Shown: positions 47,741-62,714 of the stretch, in pieces | Position numbering within the stretch: position 1 is the stretch's first letter | How the letters are laid out: the number at the start of each line of letters is the position of its first letter | NCBI GenBank assembly: GCA_026770705.1 | Contig: JANJGN010000336.1 | Location: 310,001-374,000 of the forward strand | Source of the DNA: Isurus oxyrinchus | Taxonomy: Eukaryota | DNA: 64,000 nt | Direction of reading: 5' to 3' | Program-made: the position numbers and the translations under genes | The notes under the pieces: model-generated | Told to the model about the DNA's origin: nothing | The model's input: the letters and a program-made list of their open reading frames with translations, nothing else | Databases searched by the model: none

Positions 47741-50399
47741 GATTGAGACAAGAGCCGTTCGGAAGCTGGGAATTCTGCAAATACCTGTCCACAAACTACA
47801 AGGCACATGTCAGGAGTGTGGTGGAATATTCCCCAATTCTCCGGGCAACAAGGGCAGCAGAAGCACAGTAACAACAATGGAAAGTCCCTGTTTCTTCACT
47901 ATCCTTGCGTCCAAATCATACAACTCCCTTCCTAGAAGCACTGTGGGTGTCCCTACAGCACGTGGACTGCAGCAGTACAAGAGGTTTGCTCACTAACACC
48001 CTCTCAAGGGCAATTGTGTTTGGCTATTGAATGTTGGTTCAGCTGGAAACGCACAAATCCCATGAATGAATAAAAAAATGGAAATGGAACTGGATCGTTA
48101 CAATTTTCATTGCTATAAACGCATCTGGTTAGTAATGAACATTCGGTGAAGTAAATATGCATCCTTCCCCAGTCTGGCCTAAATGTGACTCCAGGCCCAC
48201 AGCACGTGGTTCACTCCTAACTATCCTCCGACTCTGAAAATGTCTAGCCAGATATTCAGTTCCAGGACAGCGGAGCATGGGGGGAAATGCTGGCCGTGTC
48301 AGAGACGCTGACATCTCCTGGGTGAATAGAGAGAAATAAATACTTCAGCCTAGTGAATGATTAAAAACAACATTTGTTAAAGTACTCCCTACTGTGTTTC
48401 CATGTATATTGTACATAATTATTCCAGGAACTCTGTTTTATAAAGCATTTGAAGGTCGCAGAGAGGATGAAGAGGAGATTGATCCGAATGTTACTAGACC
48501 TTGAAGATCTTGAATCGTTTTCCTTAGAATAGAAGATGTTAAGAGGGGCTTTGATCGAGGTATTTAAGACCATGAAAGGTGTTGATACGTAATGACTGGG
48601 TCATGCCTTCCTTTAAATTACACAGGACTCTGTCTCAGATCGCAGTGCAAAAGACCTAGTCTCAATTCATGTTTTACAGTAGGCCCTGTTGGAGTAAGTA
48701 ATTGCACTGATGCATACATCTCTTCACATTATACAAGACCATCTCCCTGTTTGTATCATACGAGCCACCGAAAAGGTTATTTAGCATTAAACTGTCTATA
48801 TTACGCTAGATGTTGTGTATCTCAGTCTCTCTATCTGTCAACCCATCTAGCTGTGTACCTGTCTGTTTGGCGGTCAGTCTATCTATCTACATTTCGAACC
48901 ATCCATCCAGCAATTTCAGATCATCTATTATCGTTAACATTTCTTGATGCTGACGTCTTTTTCGAGCTCTTGTGTGGAAAATGCCTATTTAGATTCCAAA
49001 GTGAGTTTAGCTGCGCTCAGAATTCAGTTCGAAAGTGGATTAAATCACATGGTGAATAAAGGACATCTACCCACCATTCTCTCTTGTTGACAAGTGATCA
49101 TTTGTGCGTCACTGGAGTGTGTGATGATCTGTGCAAGAGGCGGTGAAAATGCAACTGTACCTCTACCTGACGTGAGCATAATAAATCTGTAATTCTCTCA
49201 CTTGGAATGGAATGTAACACTTTCCACTCTCAATGAAATTCAATAAAAAAAAATTGTTTCTGTTTCCATTGTTTTGTGCTGCGCGTTAACTTCACTATTT
49301 CCTCACGAGTTTCCAATACGTTTGCCATGATACAATTCAATGTTTACTGGCGTGGGTAAAGTGTTAGCTTAACAGAAACATGGTATAGGGCAGTAATAAC
49401 TGAGAAAGGGCCCACTGTAAAATATAAAGAGATATATTTTCCAGTGCAATTTTAACAGAAACAATAATGTAAAACATTATAAATGGAGACAGGTTCCAAT
49501 GCAGTAACAACAGAGACAGGATCCAGGGTAATATTAACACATACATGTTCTAGTATAGTAATAACTGAGACGTGGTCGAGTGCAACATATAGAGACACGG
49601 TGTATGGTTCACTAATAACTGAAACAGAGCGTTATATAATATAAATAGCGAAATGCTCTAATGTAATAATAACTGATTCGGGGGCCGGCCTGAAACAGAG
49701 GCTTGATTAGCACAGAGTTAATTGTGTCAGAGCCTAGTGTAATAAAAATACAAATACCAGATTATGCATCCATAAATTTCATAGGTTTCAGCAAAACTAA
49801 AACTGTGACTTGAACTCAAAGAGTAATAATTGAGGCAGGATCTGGTGTAATATAAAGGGAACCAGTTGCTAGCGAAACATTTCTCCTCATCGCCCTTTTA
49901 CAAATCTGCCAATATATATATTTTTCTTGAAGCTATGATCACTGGATATTGACACAATGAACAGAAGGAATTGGTGTTCTCTGCTAATTCTCTCAAAACT
50001 TCTCATCATCTTGGAAAAAGCGTTTAGGTTTCTGCTTAATCTTCTTTATCACAAGCAGAATGTTGCCAATTTGTCCAATTTATTGTTGTTACTAAAGACC
50101 CTGATCCTTGTTAACAAACTGGTTACCTTCCTCTGTATACTTTGAGACCTCCACACACTTCATAGCATCTGAAACTCATAGATTTGTGCAGCACAGAAAT
50201 AGGCCATTGCGCACCCCCTAACCATAATGGCCTGAAATGATCTATCAAGTCATAGCCCACTTCCTAGCTTTGTACCAGGGCCCTTGGGGCTACAGTACTT
50301 CAAGTGAACATCCAAATATATTTTGACATGTGTTGAGGGATTCGGTCTAGAACACCATTTCATGCACTGAGTCCAACACCATTAGACACTCCTAAGGAT

Positions 50400-50740
50400 A
50401 GACACGGGACAGTTCAGATGCAGAGTAAAGCTACCTCTACATCGGTAAATTCCGGGGTGAGGCAGAGTAAAGGTCTCTCTAAACTACCCCACCAAACATT
50501 CTCAGGACATGTATAGCGCTGGATAGACAAAGGTCCCTCTACATGATTCGATCGAATGCTCCCAAGAATGGTACAGCAGTATCAGATGCAGAAAAAAGAT
50601 CCCTCTACAATTTCCCATATACCATTCACAGGAAGGCATAGGAATGTTAATTTGCAGAGGAGTGCTCCCTATAGATTGTCCCATTAAATACTCCCATGTT
50701 GTTGAGTGAACCAGAAACATTTTAGAGTTGAGTTCCTTCT
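50400..50740 (+). repeat. Degenerate ~60-70 bp tandem repeat
   Basis: Recurring gcagagtaaag..c(c/t)ctctac..ccc..aaa.actccc motif. Confidence 0.5.
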
Positions 50741-53299
50741 GCGAACAGCCATCTATTTCGTTAAAAGTCAAAGAATAGGGGTGAGATTAATCTTTGGTAA
50801 GATACTGACTTCACGTTATGAGTTACAGACGCTGACAGATTAATGAGAGGCCAGACACGCCCGGGATAGGGGAGAAAGGGAGACTGAGCGGGATAGAATG
50901 CAGGAAACTCCGCAAACACATTTTCAATGCTTCTGTATACCGGATCAAAGGACGCTTCGCCAGTTTTGAACACAAAAAACATCTTTATGTTGTTATCTCA
51001 TAACTTATAGAAATCTTCCAAATATCAATAATTATGGAATCCTTTGTGTGATTTGCATTTCTCTCTGTTGTTATTTCTATGTTCTGTTGGTGGGGAAACA
51101 TCTAGTGTATTTCCGACGCTCAATGTTCTATTCTGAGGTGTCGATTTCTGTGTTTATTTACATAACCGCCTCACTAGTTGCAAAGTGGTGTTCATGGCAG
51201 CAGAATCAGATCAACAGTCACTTGATGATTATGTTCAGCTCAAAACAAGTTTATTTTAAGAATATTCACAGATGGTATAAGAATTGAACACAATTTTCAG
51301 AAAACCAATTGGTACAGATGTTACTTATTTTAAACAATAGAAGCCATTAAATTTAAGAAAAAATGTTTCTGGAAATTCTGCTGCTTAAATCAATTAAACA
51401 TTTCTGAGCAGCCTAATATTATACTGAATATCGATTGGTGAAAGGATTAACCCCTTTCACATAAACATGTTTAAATAATGAACAGAGAAATGACCTTTAA
51501 TCACATTCTTCTCAGACTTTCTAACACATAACCATATATGTTTTGACATGTTCACTTTTAGTAAAAACTCGGTGTTTATACAGCACATTTCACCATCTCA
51601 GGAGGTCCCAAATCACATATCGCATTAACCTCATTGATGTAACTTATTTCGAATTATAATCTCTTGTGTCACGTTAGAACTACAGGAGGCAATTTGTGCA
51701 CAGGAAGCTCCCACCAACAGAGATGTAATAAAAGCCCAGATCACCTGTTTATTAGTGATTTTAGTTGCGCATTAGGTATTGGTCTAGGATACCCCTAGTG
51801 TAAAATAGTGTCAGCGGAGAATGATGCTGAGTATTTCCAGATTTTGTGGCCTTATTTTACATTGAGAGCATCCGTAATAGTTTACAAAGCTTTGACCGTT
51901 GTTTATATTTGTTCTTTTGTTGTGAACGTCGAAAGCAACGCCAGCCTTAACTGTCCATCCACAAGTACCCTTGAGAAGGTGGCGGGGAGCCGACATCTTG
52001 AACAGCTGACGTTTGTGCCGTGCGCCTCTTATTTGACTTTCCAAGAAGTGCTTTGACCCAACTAAATGGCCTTCTGGGCCATTCCAAGGGCCGTTAAGAT
52101 TCAACCAAGTTGTTGTGGGGCTGCAGCCTTGCGTCGGCCAGGCTGGTAAGAGTTCGTCCCCGAATCACATCAGTGAACCAGCTGCAACTTCATGACAATT
52201 AGGTTCGATTCTTAATGCAATGAGTAATTTTATTCCAGTTTCGGTTTTAATGAATTAAATGAATGGAAATCCCGCCAGCTGCCGTCGTGGGGTTTAAATC
52301 ATGTCTCTGAAGCATTTCTGATCTTCTCTGTATTACCAGCCCAGTGAATTACCTCGATCCCTAAGACTGAGATGACATTACCATCGCCACATCTGAATGA
52401 TCATTCCACTGACCGTGCTTCAAACCTGCAGTTGTGGCTCTGCATAAATTCATATGGAATCGAAACGTTAACGCTGTTTCTCTCTCCTCAGACCCTGCCA
52501 GGCCTGCTGCGTCTTTACAGCACTTTTTGTTTTTAGTTCAGTAGTGGTTACCGTCCATGTAGGAGAGCCACTAATGCAAGGCACTGGACATGTTGCAATT
52601 GCTATTTTGAAATTATAGCATTTGGTTCTATGTATATAAAGTTCAGGAGCAGGTTCCAGTCTTACACACATCAATTTAGTTGTAAGGGATCCGTTGCCTT
52701 GTAGCCTGGTATCTTAGCCTGACCCTGTTGTAACAGTGCACTTTATTTCCATTGGCCCCATATAACAGTGTCAACGATTGTTAAATGCCAATTTCGAAGT
52801 AACAAGACAGAGGATTTCCTGGAACTTAAGTTTGCACTGCCCCTCACTCTCTGCACAACAAAAAACTGGGATTGCTCTCCTCATCAACAAGAATCTTAGG
52901 ATAGGTTTATCAGAAATGGTCCAATGTGTGAGGGATGTTTTTGAATATTTAGGGAGAAGCTGTTCCACTGGCAAATGGATCAGTGATGCTGGGGCTTATG
53001 TTAATTCGATATTAATACACTTATTATATTGCGCTATAAGATGTTTCTAATGATGTAACACTAAACCCTATCTCTCTGTATATTACACTAGTTTATGTAT
53101 TAATTATAACTGCATTACTCTCTGTCCCTCTCAATACTCCACAAAGAGCTGCATCAATTGCTTCCACACGAGATTTATCCCTGGTTGACTTAGACTCGGT
53201 GCTGTGTCAGAGATTATTGCTTTATGCCCTGCTTCAGTTTTATTAAATTGGGCCCAGTAGCAGTAATCCTGTTCTGTAACAGTTGATATTAATCTAGGC

Positions 53300-56200
53300 C
53301 GTTTACCAGTAATTACTGCACTAGACCCTCCGTCTCTTTATATGAATACAGACTTTGTATCAGTAATCACTGTAATAAACCCTGCCTAAGTGGATATTAT
53401 CAATATCTTGTATCAGTAACCACTGAAAGAGACCCTGTCTCAGTTTATATTAATACAAACCCTGTATTAGCAATCACTGTAAGAGAACCTGTCTCAGTTG
53501 ATAGTAATCAATACCTTGTATCAGTAATCCCTGTAAAAACCCTGACACACTTTATATCAATATTGACTTTGTCTTGTCAATCACTGGTATAGACCCTGTC
53601 TCAGTTGTTAATATCAGCCCAGACCATGTATTGGTAATCAATGTAATAGACCCGGTCTCAGTTTATGTTAATCAATACCATGCATCAGTAATCACTTTAA
53701 TACAACCAGTCTCAGTTTATATTAATCCATGCATTGTATCAACATTCACTGTAAAAACCTTTTCTAGGTTTATATAAATACAGACATTGTATTGGTGAAT
53801 GCTATAATAGAGCCTGTCTCAAATTATATTAACCAATAACCTATTTCAGTATTCACTGTAATACAGATTGCCTCAGTTTATATTAATCCATGTTTTGTAT
53901 CAGTAAGCACTGAAAGAGACTGTCTCAGTTTATATTATACAAACCTTGTATTAGTAATCATTGTAAGAGACCCTGTCTCAGTTGATAGTAATCAATACCT
54001 TGTATCAGTAATCCCTGTAAACACCCTAGCACTCTTTATATCAATATAGACCATGTATTGGTAATCACTGTAATAGAACCTGTCTCAGTTTATGTTAATC
54101 CATGCCTTGTATCAATAACCACTGCAAAATACCCTTTCTCAATTTATATAAATACAGATATTTTATTGGTAATTTCTGTAATAGAGGCTGTCTCAGTTTA
54201 TAATAACCCATAACCTGTTTCAGTATTCACTATAATACATACTGTCTCCGTTTATATTAACCAATGTCTTATAACAGTAAGCACTGAAAGAGACCCTGTC
54301 TCAGTTTTTATTAATACAAACCTTGTATTAGTAATCACCACAAGAGACCCTGCCTCAGTTGATAGTAATCAATACCTTGTATCAGTAATCCCTGTAACAA
54401 CCCTGACACACTTTATATCAATATAGACCTTGTCTTGTTAATCACTGGAATAGACCCTGTCTCAGTTAATATCAGCCCAGACCATGTATTGGTTATCACT
54501 GTAATAGACCCTGTCTCAGTTTATGTTAATCAATACCATGTATCAGCAATCACTATAATAGACCCAGTCTCAGTTTATATTAATCCATGCCTTGAATCAA
54601 TAATCACTGCAAAATACCCTTTCTCAGTTTATATATTCACAGATATTGTATTGGTGAATGCTGTAATAGAGCCTGTCTCAGTTTATATTAACCCATAACC
54701 TGTATCAGTATTCACAGTAATACACACTGTCTCCATTTATATTAATCCATGCCTTGTATCAGTATTCACTTGAACTGACACTGTCGCTGTTTATATTAAT
54801 GCAGATATTGTACTGGTAATCACTTCAATAGGCCTTGTCTCAGTTTATAATAACCTGCAACCTGTATCAGTAATCATTGTAATAGACTCTGTGTAAGCTT
54901 AAATTAATTGAGACCATTTATCAGTAATCACTGTAACTGAGCCTGTCTCAGTTTATATTAATCTAGGCCCTGTATCATTAATTAATGTAATTGACCCATT
55001 CTCAGTTTATATTAATGCAGGCCTTATGTCGGTAACCACATTAATTGATCCTTTCCAGTTTATCTTAATCCATACCATGTATCAGTAATCACTGTACTAG
55101 ACCCAGTCTCAGTTTATATTAATCCAGAACTGTATCAGTAATTATTGTACTAGACCCAGTCTCAGTTTATATTAATCCAGAACCTGTATCAGTGATCATT
55201 GTACTGTACCGAGTTTCAGATTATATCAATACAGACCCTCTGGCAGTATTCACTATAAAACGTGCTGTCTCAGTTTACACCAGTCCAGACCTTGCATCAT
55301 TAACACTGTAACAGAACCTGTCTCAGTTTATAATAATCTAGACCCTGTATCAGTAATCACTGTGATAGACCCTGCATCAGTTGCTATTAATCCATATGTT
55401 GCATCAGTAACCACTGAAAGAGACCTTGCCTCACTTGATATTAATCCATACATTTTATCAGCAATCACTGAAAGTGATTCTGCCTTACCTTATATTAACA
55501 CAGACCTTGTATCAGTGTTCAATGTAATGGACCCTCTCTCAGTGTATATTAACTTAGGCCCTGCATCAGAAATTACTGTACTACACCCAGTATCAGATTA
55601 TATCAATTCAGATCCTGTATCAGTAGTCGCAGTAATACACCCTGTCTCAATTTAGACCAGCCCAGACCTTGTATCAGTAAGCACTGTAATAGATAAAAAC
55701 AAAAAACTGCGGATGCTGGAAATCCAAAACAAAAACAGAATTACCTAGAAAAACTCAGCAGGTCTGGCAGCATCGGCAGAGAAGAAAAGCGTTGATGTTT
55801 CGAGTCCTCATGGAAAGATGATCCTAGGATTCACCCAGTTCTGTTGAAGGGTCATGAGGACTCGAAGTGTCAACTCTTTTCTTCTCCGCCGATGTTGCCA
55901 GACCTGCTGAGTTTTTTCACTGTAATAGACTCTGTCTCATATTATATTAACCCATGCCTTGTATCAGTAACCACTGTAATGGACCCTGCCTCAATTGATA
56001 TTAATCCATACCTTGTATCAGTAAACACTGAAAGAGACCCTGCCTCAGTTTATATTAATACAGGCCATGTACAGTAATCAGTGAAATAGACCCTTTGTAC
56101 ATCTATTGTAATCCATATATTGTAAAAGTAATCATTGATATAGGCCTTACCTCAGTTTATATTAATCTAGGTCCTGTATTAGTAATTACTGACCCTACCT

Positions 56201-59200
56201 CAATTGATGTTAATCCATGCCTTGTATCAGTAACCACTAAAAGAGACCCTATCTCCATTTATATTAATACAGACATTTTATCATTAGTCACTGTGTAAGA
56301 TGCTCTTTCGGTTTATTTCAATCCATACATTGTAACAGTAATCACTGTAACAGACCCTCTCTGTTGATATTAATCAATGCATTGTATCAGTGACCACTGA
56401 AGTAGACTGTGGCTCAGTTTATATCAATACAGGCCTTGTGTTGGTAATCACTGTAATAGAACATGTCTCTGCTAATCTTAATACATACTATGTATCAGTA
56501 ATCATTGTAATACACTCTGTCTCAGTATATATTATCCTCATAACCAGCATTAGTAATCACTGCAATAGACCCTGTCTCAGTTGTTATGAATCCATAACTT
56601 GTATCAGTAGTCACTGTAATAAACCCTGTCTCAGTTTATGTAAATAGATACCCTGTATCAATGATCACTGTAATAGGCCCTGCCTCAGTTGAAATTAATC
56701 CATACCTTGTATCAGCAAACAATGTTAGTGACCCTGTCTCACTTTACATTAACACAGACCTTGTCTCAGTAATCAGTGTAAAAGACCCTGACTCAGTTTA
56801 CTTCAATCCATACATTGTTGCACTGCAACAGACCCTATCTGTGTTGTTATTACTTAATACCTTGAATCAGTGATCACTGAAGTAGACCCTAACTCAGTTT
56901 ATATTAATACAGACCTTGTCTTGGTAATGGCTGGAATAGTCTGTATCTCAGTTTATATCAATTCAGGTCTTGTATTGGTAATCACTGCAATACATTCTGT
57001 CTCAGTTTCTTTTAATCCATACCATGTATCAATAATAAATTTAACAGACCTTGTCTCACTTTATTTTAATCCACATCTTGTATCAGTAATCACTGTAATG
57101 GACCATGTCTCATTTTATATTAATACAGGCCTTGTATCATTAATGACTGTAAAAGACCCTATCTCAGTTTATATCAATCCAAATATTTTACCAATAACCA
57201 CTGTAACTGACCCTGTCTCAGTTGATATTAATCAACACCTTGTATCAGTAATCACTGAAGTAGATGCTGACTAAATCTATATTAGACAGACCTAATCTTG
57301 ATAATGACTGGAATAGACCCTGTCTCAATTTATATCAATCCAGACCTTGTATTATTAATCACTGAAAGAGGCACGGTCTCTATTTACCTGAATCAAGACC
57401 ATGTATCAGTAAGAACTTTAACAGATACTGTCGCAGTTTATTTTAATCCATGCCATGTATCAGTAATTACTGTAATAATACCTGTCTCATTTTTTATTAA
57501 TCCATACCATGTATCAGTAATCACTGTAATGGACCGTGTCTCAGTTTACATTATTCCAGGCCCTGTATCAGTAATCACTGTAATAGACCCTGTCTCAGTT
57601 TATATTAATACTGACCTTGTCTCATTAATCACTGTAAAAGACCCTGTCTCAGTTTAAATCAATCCATGCATTGCAACATTAATCATTGCAACAGACCCTG
57701 TCTCCATTGAAATTAATCAACACCTTGTGTCAGTAATCACTGAAGTAGGCCCTGACTCAGTTTCGATCAATCAAAGCCTTTTATTGGCAACCACTGTAAT
57801 AGAGCCTGCCTCTGTTTTAATTAATCCAGACTCTGTATCCGTAAGCATTGTAAGAGACCCTTTCTCAGTTTATTTTAATTCATACCATATAACAATAATC
57901 ACTGTAGTAGGCCTTTTCTCAGTTCATATTAATACAGACCCTGTATCAGGAATCACTGTAATAGGCTCTATCTCAATTGATATGAATCCATATCTTGTAT
58001 CAGTGTAAACACTGCAATATACCCTGTCTCAGATTATATTAATCCAAAACTTGTATCAGTAATCAATGCAATAGACTATGTCTCTGTTTGTGGTAATGCA
58101 GGCCTTGAATCAGTAATCAGTGTAATAGACCCTGTCTCAGTTTATATTGATACCAACCGTGAAGTAGTAATTAGTCTAATAGATGCTGACTCAGTTTATA
58201 TTAATCTCGACCCTGTATCAAAAATCATTGTAGTCGACCTTGTTTCAGTTTATATTAATCTAGATCCTGTATTAGCAATCACTGTAATAGACCCTATCTC
58301 AGTTGATATTAATCCATGCCTTGCATCTGTAATCACTGTATTAGGTCTTCTCTCAGTTTATATTAAGCTTGATCCTGTATCACTAATCATTATAATAGGT
58401 GCTGTCTCAGTTGATATTAATCAAAACCTTGAATCAGTAATCACTGATGCTGACCCTGACTTAGTTTATATCAATACAGACCTTCTATTGGTAATCACAG
58501 TAATATACCCTGTCTCAGTTTATATTAATTCAGATCTTGTATAGGTAATTACTCTAATAGACCCTGCCTCAGTTTATATTAATCTAGACCTTGTATCAGA
58601 AATCAATGTAACAGACCCGGTCTGAGTTTATTTTAATCCATACCATATATGAGTAATCATTGTAATAGGCCTTGTCTCAGTTTATATTAATCCATAACTT
58701 GTATCAGTAATCACTGTAATGGACCCTGTCTCAATTTATATTAATCCAGACCCTGTATCATTAATCACTTTAACTGACCCTCTATCAATTGTTATGAATC
58801 CATACCTTGCATCAGTATGCTCTGTAATATACACTGTCTCAGTTTATATAAACACACACATTGCATTGGTAATTACCATAATAGATCATGTCTCAGAATT
58901 GTTAATCTAAAAACTTGTATCTGTAGTCACTATAACAAGCTCTGTCTCAGTTGATATTAATCCATACTTTATATCAGTAATCGCTAATTAAGACAGGCAT
59001 TGTATTGGTAATTACTGCAATAGGCCCTGTCCTTAGTCTGTATTCACCTAGATTCTGTATCAATAATCATTGTGATTGACCCTGTCTCCATTTACACTAA
59101 TCTAGACTGTGCTTAATAACCACTGTAATAGACCCTGCCTCAGTTGATATTAATCCATACATTGTATCAATAACAACTGTTAGATACCATCTCTCAGTCT

Positions 59201-62200
59201 ATAGTAATACAGGAATAGTTTTTTTTGTAATTAATGTAATACACCCTTTCACAGTGGATATTAAGCCATTACTAGTATCACTAATCACTGCAATAAACTC
59301 TGTTGATCAGTTTATTAATCCATACCCTTCATCAGGAATGACTGTATTACACCCTGTCTCAGATTATGTTAATCCATTATCTGTAACAGTAATTACTCCA
59401 ATAGACCTTGACACAGTTTATATTCATCTGGATCCTGTATCAGTCATCATTGAAATTGATCCTGACTCAGTTGATGTTAATCAACACCTTGTATCAGTAA
59501 CCACTGTAATAGATCATGCCTTGGTTTATATTAATGCAGACCTTGTCTCAGTAATCACAATAAAAGTCCCTGTCTCAGCTGATATTAATCAATACCTTGT
59601 ATCAGTAATCACTGAAGTTGATTCTGAATGAATTTATATCAATCCAAGCCTTGTATTTGTAAACACTATAATAGACACTGTCTATTATATTAATCTAGGC
59701 CCTGCGTTGGTAGTCATTGTAACAGGCTCTTTCAAGTTATTTTAATCAGTACCATGTATTAGTAATCAAAGTAAAAGCCCTTGTCTCAGTTTATACTAAT
59801 CCAGACACTGTATCAGTAATCACTGTAATAAACCCTATCGCAGTTGGTACAAATCCATACCTTTTATCTGTAATCATTGTAATAGACCCTGTCTCAGTTT
59901 ATATTAATTCATAATTTGTATCAGTAATCACTGTAACAGACCCTGTCTCAGTTAATATTAGTACAACCTTGTTTCAGTAATCGCTTAGATATACCATGTT
60001 TCAGTTTATATTAACATAGACATTGTATTGGCAATTACTGTAATAGGCCCGGTGCTATGTCTATATTAATGTAGATCCTGTATCAATAATCACTGTGATT
60101 TATCCTGTCTCCATTTATATTAATCTAGACTCTGTATCAGTAATCACTGTAATAGACCCTGATATAGACTCTGCCTCAGGTTATATTATTCTAGACCATG
60201 TATCAGTAATTACCATAATAGACCCTGTCATAATTGCTATTCATCAATACTTTGTATCAGTAATCACTAAAGTAGACCCTGACTATGTTTATATCCATCC
60301 AAGACTTGTATTGGTAATAACTGTAATAGACCTTGTCTCGCTTTATATTAATGCAGACCCTGTATCAGTAATCATTGTGATAGACAGTGTCTCAGTTTAT
60401 GTTAATCCATACCTTGAATCAGTAATCACTGGAAGAGACCCTGTCTCAGTTTCTATTAATCTAGACCATTTATCATTAATAAATGTAACAGACACTGTTT
60501 CAGTTAATTTTAATCAATACCATGTATCAATAATCACTCGAATATATCCTGTCCAAATTTATGTTAACCCAGACATTGCATCAGTGATCACTGTAATAGA
60601 CCTTGTCTCAGTTGATATGAATCCAGTCCTTGTATTAGTAATCACTGTAACATACCATGACTCAGTGTATATTAATCCATATCTTGCACCGATAATCACT
60701 GTAATAATCTCTGCCTCAGTTTCTATTGATCTAGACCCTATATCAGTAATCACTGTAATGGGCCCTGACTCAGTTGATATTAATCCACACCTTGTATCAT
60801 TAATCACAGTAATAGACTCTGTCTCAGTTTATATTAATAAGGACATTGTATTGATAATTACTGTAATATACTCTGTCTCAGTTTCTTTTAATTCATACAA
60901 TGCATCAATAATCGCTGTAATAAACCCTGTCTCATTTTTTTATTAATCCGTACCTTACATCAGTAGTCCCTGGAAGAGACCCTGTATCAGTTTATATTCA
61001 TCTAGACCCTGTATCAGTAATCACTGTAATGGACCCTGACTCAGTTGATATTAATCCATAACTTGTATCATTAATCACTGTAATTGTCTCAGTAATCACT
61101 GTAAAAGACCCTGTCTCAGTTTACATCAGTCCATACATTGTAACAGTAATCACTGTTACAGACTGTGTCTCATTTGCTATTAATCAGTCCCTTGCATCAG
61201 TAATCACTGAAGCTGACCCTGACTTAGTTTGTATTGGTGATTGCTGTAATAGACCCTGTCTCTGTTTATAATAATCTAGACCCGGCATTAGTAATCATTG
61301 CAACAGCTTTGTCAGGTTATTCTAATCCATACCATATATCAGTAATCACTTTAATAGACCTTGTCCCTGTTTATATTAATCCAGTCCCTGTTTCAGTAAT
61401 CACTGTAATCGGCCCTGTAATAGTTGATATGAATACATACTTGTATCAGTAATCATTGCAATAGACCCTGTCTCAGTTTGTATTAATACATAATTTGTAT
61501 CAGTAATCACTGTAATATACCTTGTCTCCATTCAAATTAATCTAGACCATTTATCATTAATAACTGTGACAGACCCCATCTCAGCTAATATTAACCCAGA
61601 CAATGCATCAGTAACAACTGTAATACATGGTGTTTCAGTTGGTATGAATTCATTCTCTGTGTCAGAATTAATGTAATAGACCCTGCCTCAGTTGATATGT
61701 ATTCATAGCTTGTATCAGTTATCTCTGTAATAGACGCTGTGTCAGTTTATATTAATACAGGAATTGTGTTGGTAATTATTGGAATAGACCGTGTCTCAGT
61801 TTATGTTAATCCAAAACTTGCAAGAGTAGTCACTGTGATAAGCACAGCCTCTGCTGACATCAATCCATACCTTGTATCAATAATCAGTGCAATGGTCTCT
61901 ATCTCAGTTTATATTAATACAGACCTTGTATCAGTAATCACTGTGATATACCATGTCTCTTTTTATATTCATACAGACATTGTATTGGTAATTACTGTTA
62001 TAGACCCTGCCCACAGCCGATATTAATTTAGACCCTGTATCAATAATCATTATGATTGACCCTGTCTCAGTTTATATGAATATAGACCCTGTATCAGGAT
62101 TCACTGTAATAGACCCTGCCTCAGTTTATATGAATCTTTACCTTGCATCAGTACTCTCTGTAATTGATCCAGTCATAGCTTAAATTAATCTCGGCCCTGT

Positions 62201-62590
62201 ATTAATAATCAATGGAATAAGCCCTGTCTCAGCTTATATTAACCGAGGCCCTGCATCAGTAATTACTCTAACAAACCCTGTCTCAGTTTATATAAATCTA
62301 GGCCCTGTGTCTGTAATCACTGTGGTAGATGCTGTCTCAGGTTGTTTTATTCCAAGCCCTGTATCAGCATTCACTGTGATAGGCCCTGTCTCCGTTTATA
62401 GTAACCGAGGTACTGTATCTATAATTGCTGCACAATGCCCCTACTCCGCTTATAATACTTAGGGTCTGTTAAGTTATTAGTGCACTAGACTCTAATTTAG
62501 TCAATACCAATCTCGCCCCTGTTTCAGTAATAGACATAGATATTAATCTAGAACCTGGATCAGTAATCACTGCTCTATGTTCTGTCTCAG
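53300..62590 (+). repeat. Satellite array: 54-bp dimer of 27-bp monomers
   Basis: Example at 57561: CCCTGTATCAGTAATCACTGTAATAGA + CCCTGTCTCAGTTTATATTAATACTGA; ~170 dimer units; more degenerate at both edges. Confidence 0.95.
55694..55917. mobile_element. Miniature palindromic Penelope-tail element with 12-bp TSD
   Basis: Inverted tail (55694-55812), short spacer, then forward tail (55838-55917), both near-identical to the termini of the 24.7-28.8 kb element. CACTGTAATAGA flanks it at 55682-55693 and 55918-55929. Confidence 0.85.
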
Positions 62591-62714
62591 TTTAAGTTCA
62601 TCTAGAGACTGTCTCCTTCTTCTTAGGCATTTCCTGAGGATCGAGGATGACATGCTGCCATGCCACTTCGATATGTTCTGATTTGGCTGTAGACTCTGCT
62701 AAAGATGGTTGGAC

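Noticed and set aside
53300-62590. CACTGT motifs in the satellite as RSS; satellite ORFs as an annotated gene
   Set aside because: There is no nonamer. The ORFs shift frame and are interrupted by stops, without exon structure.
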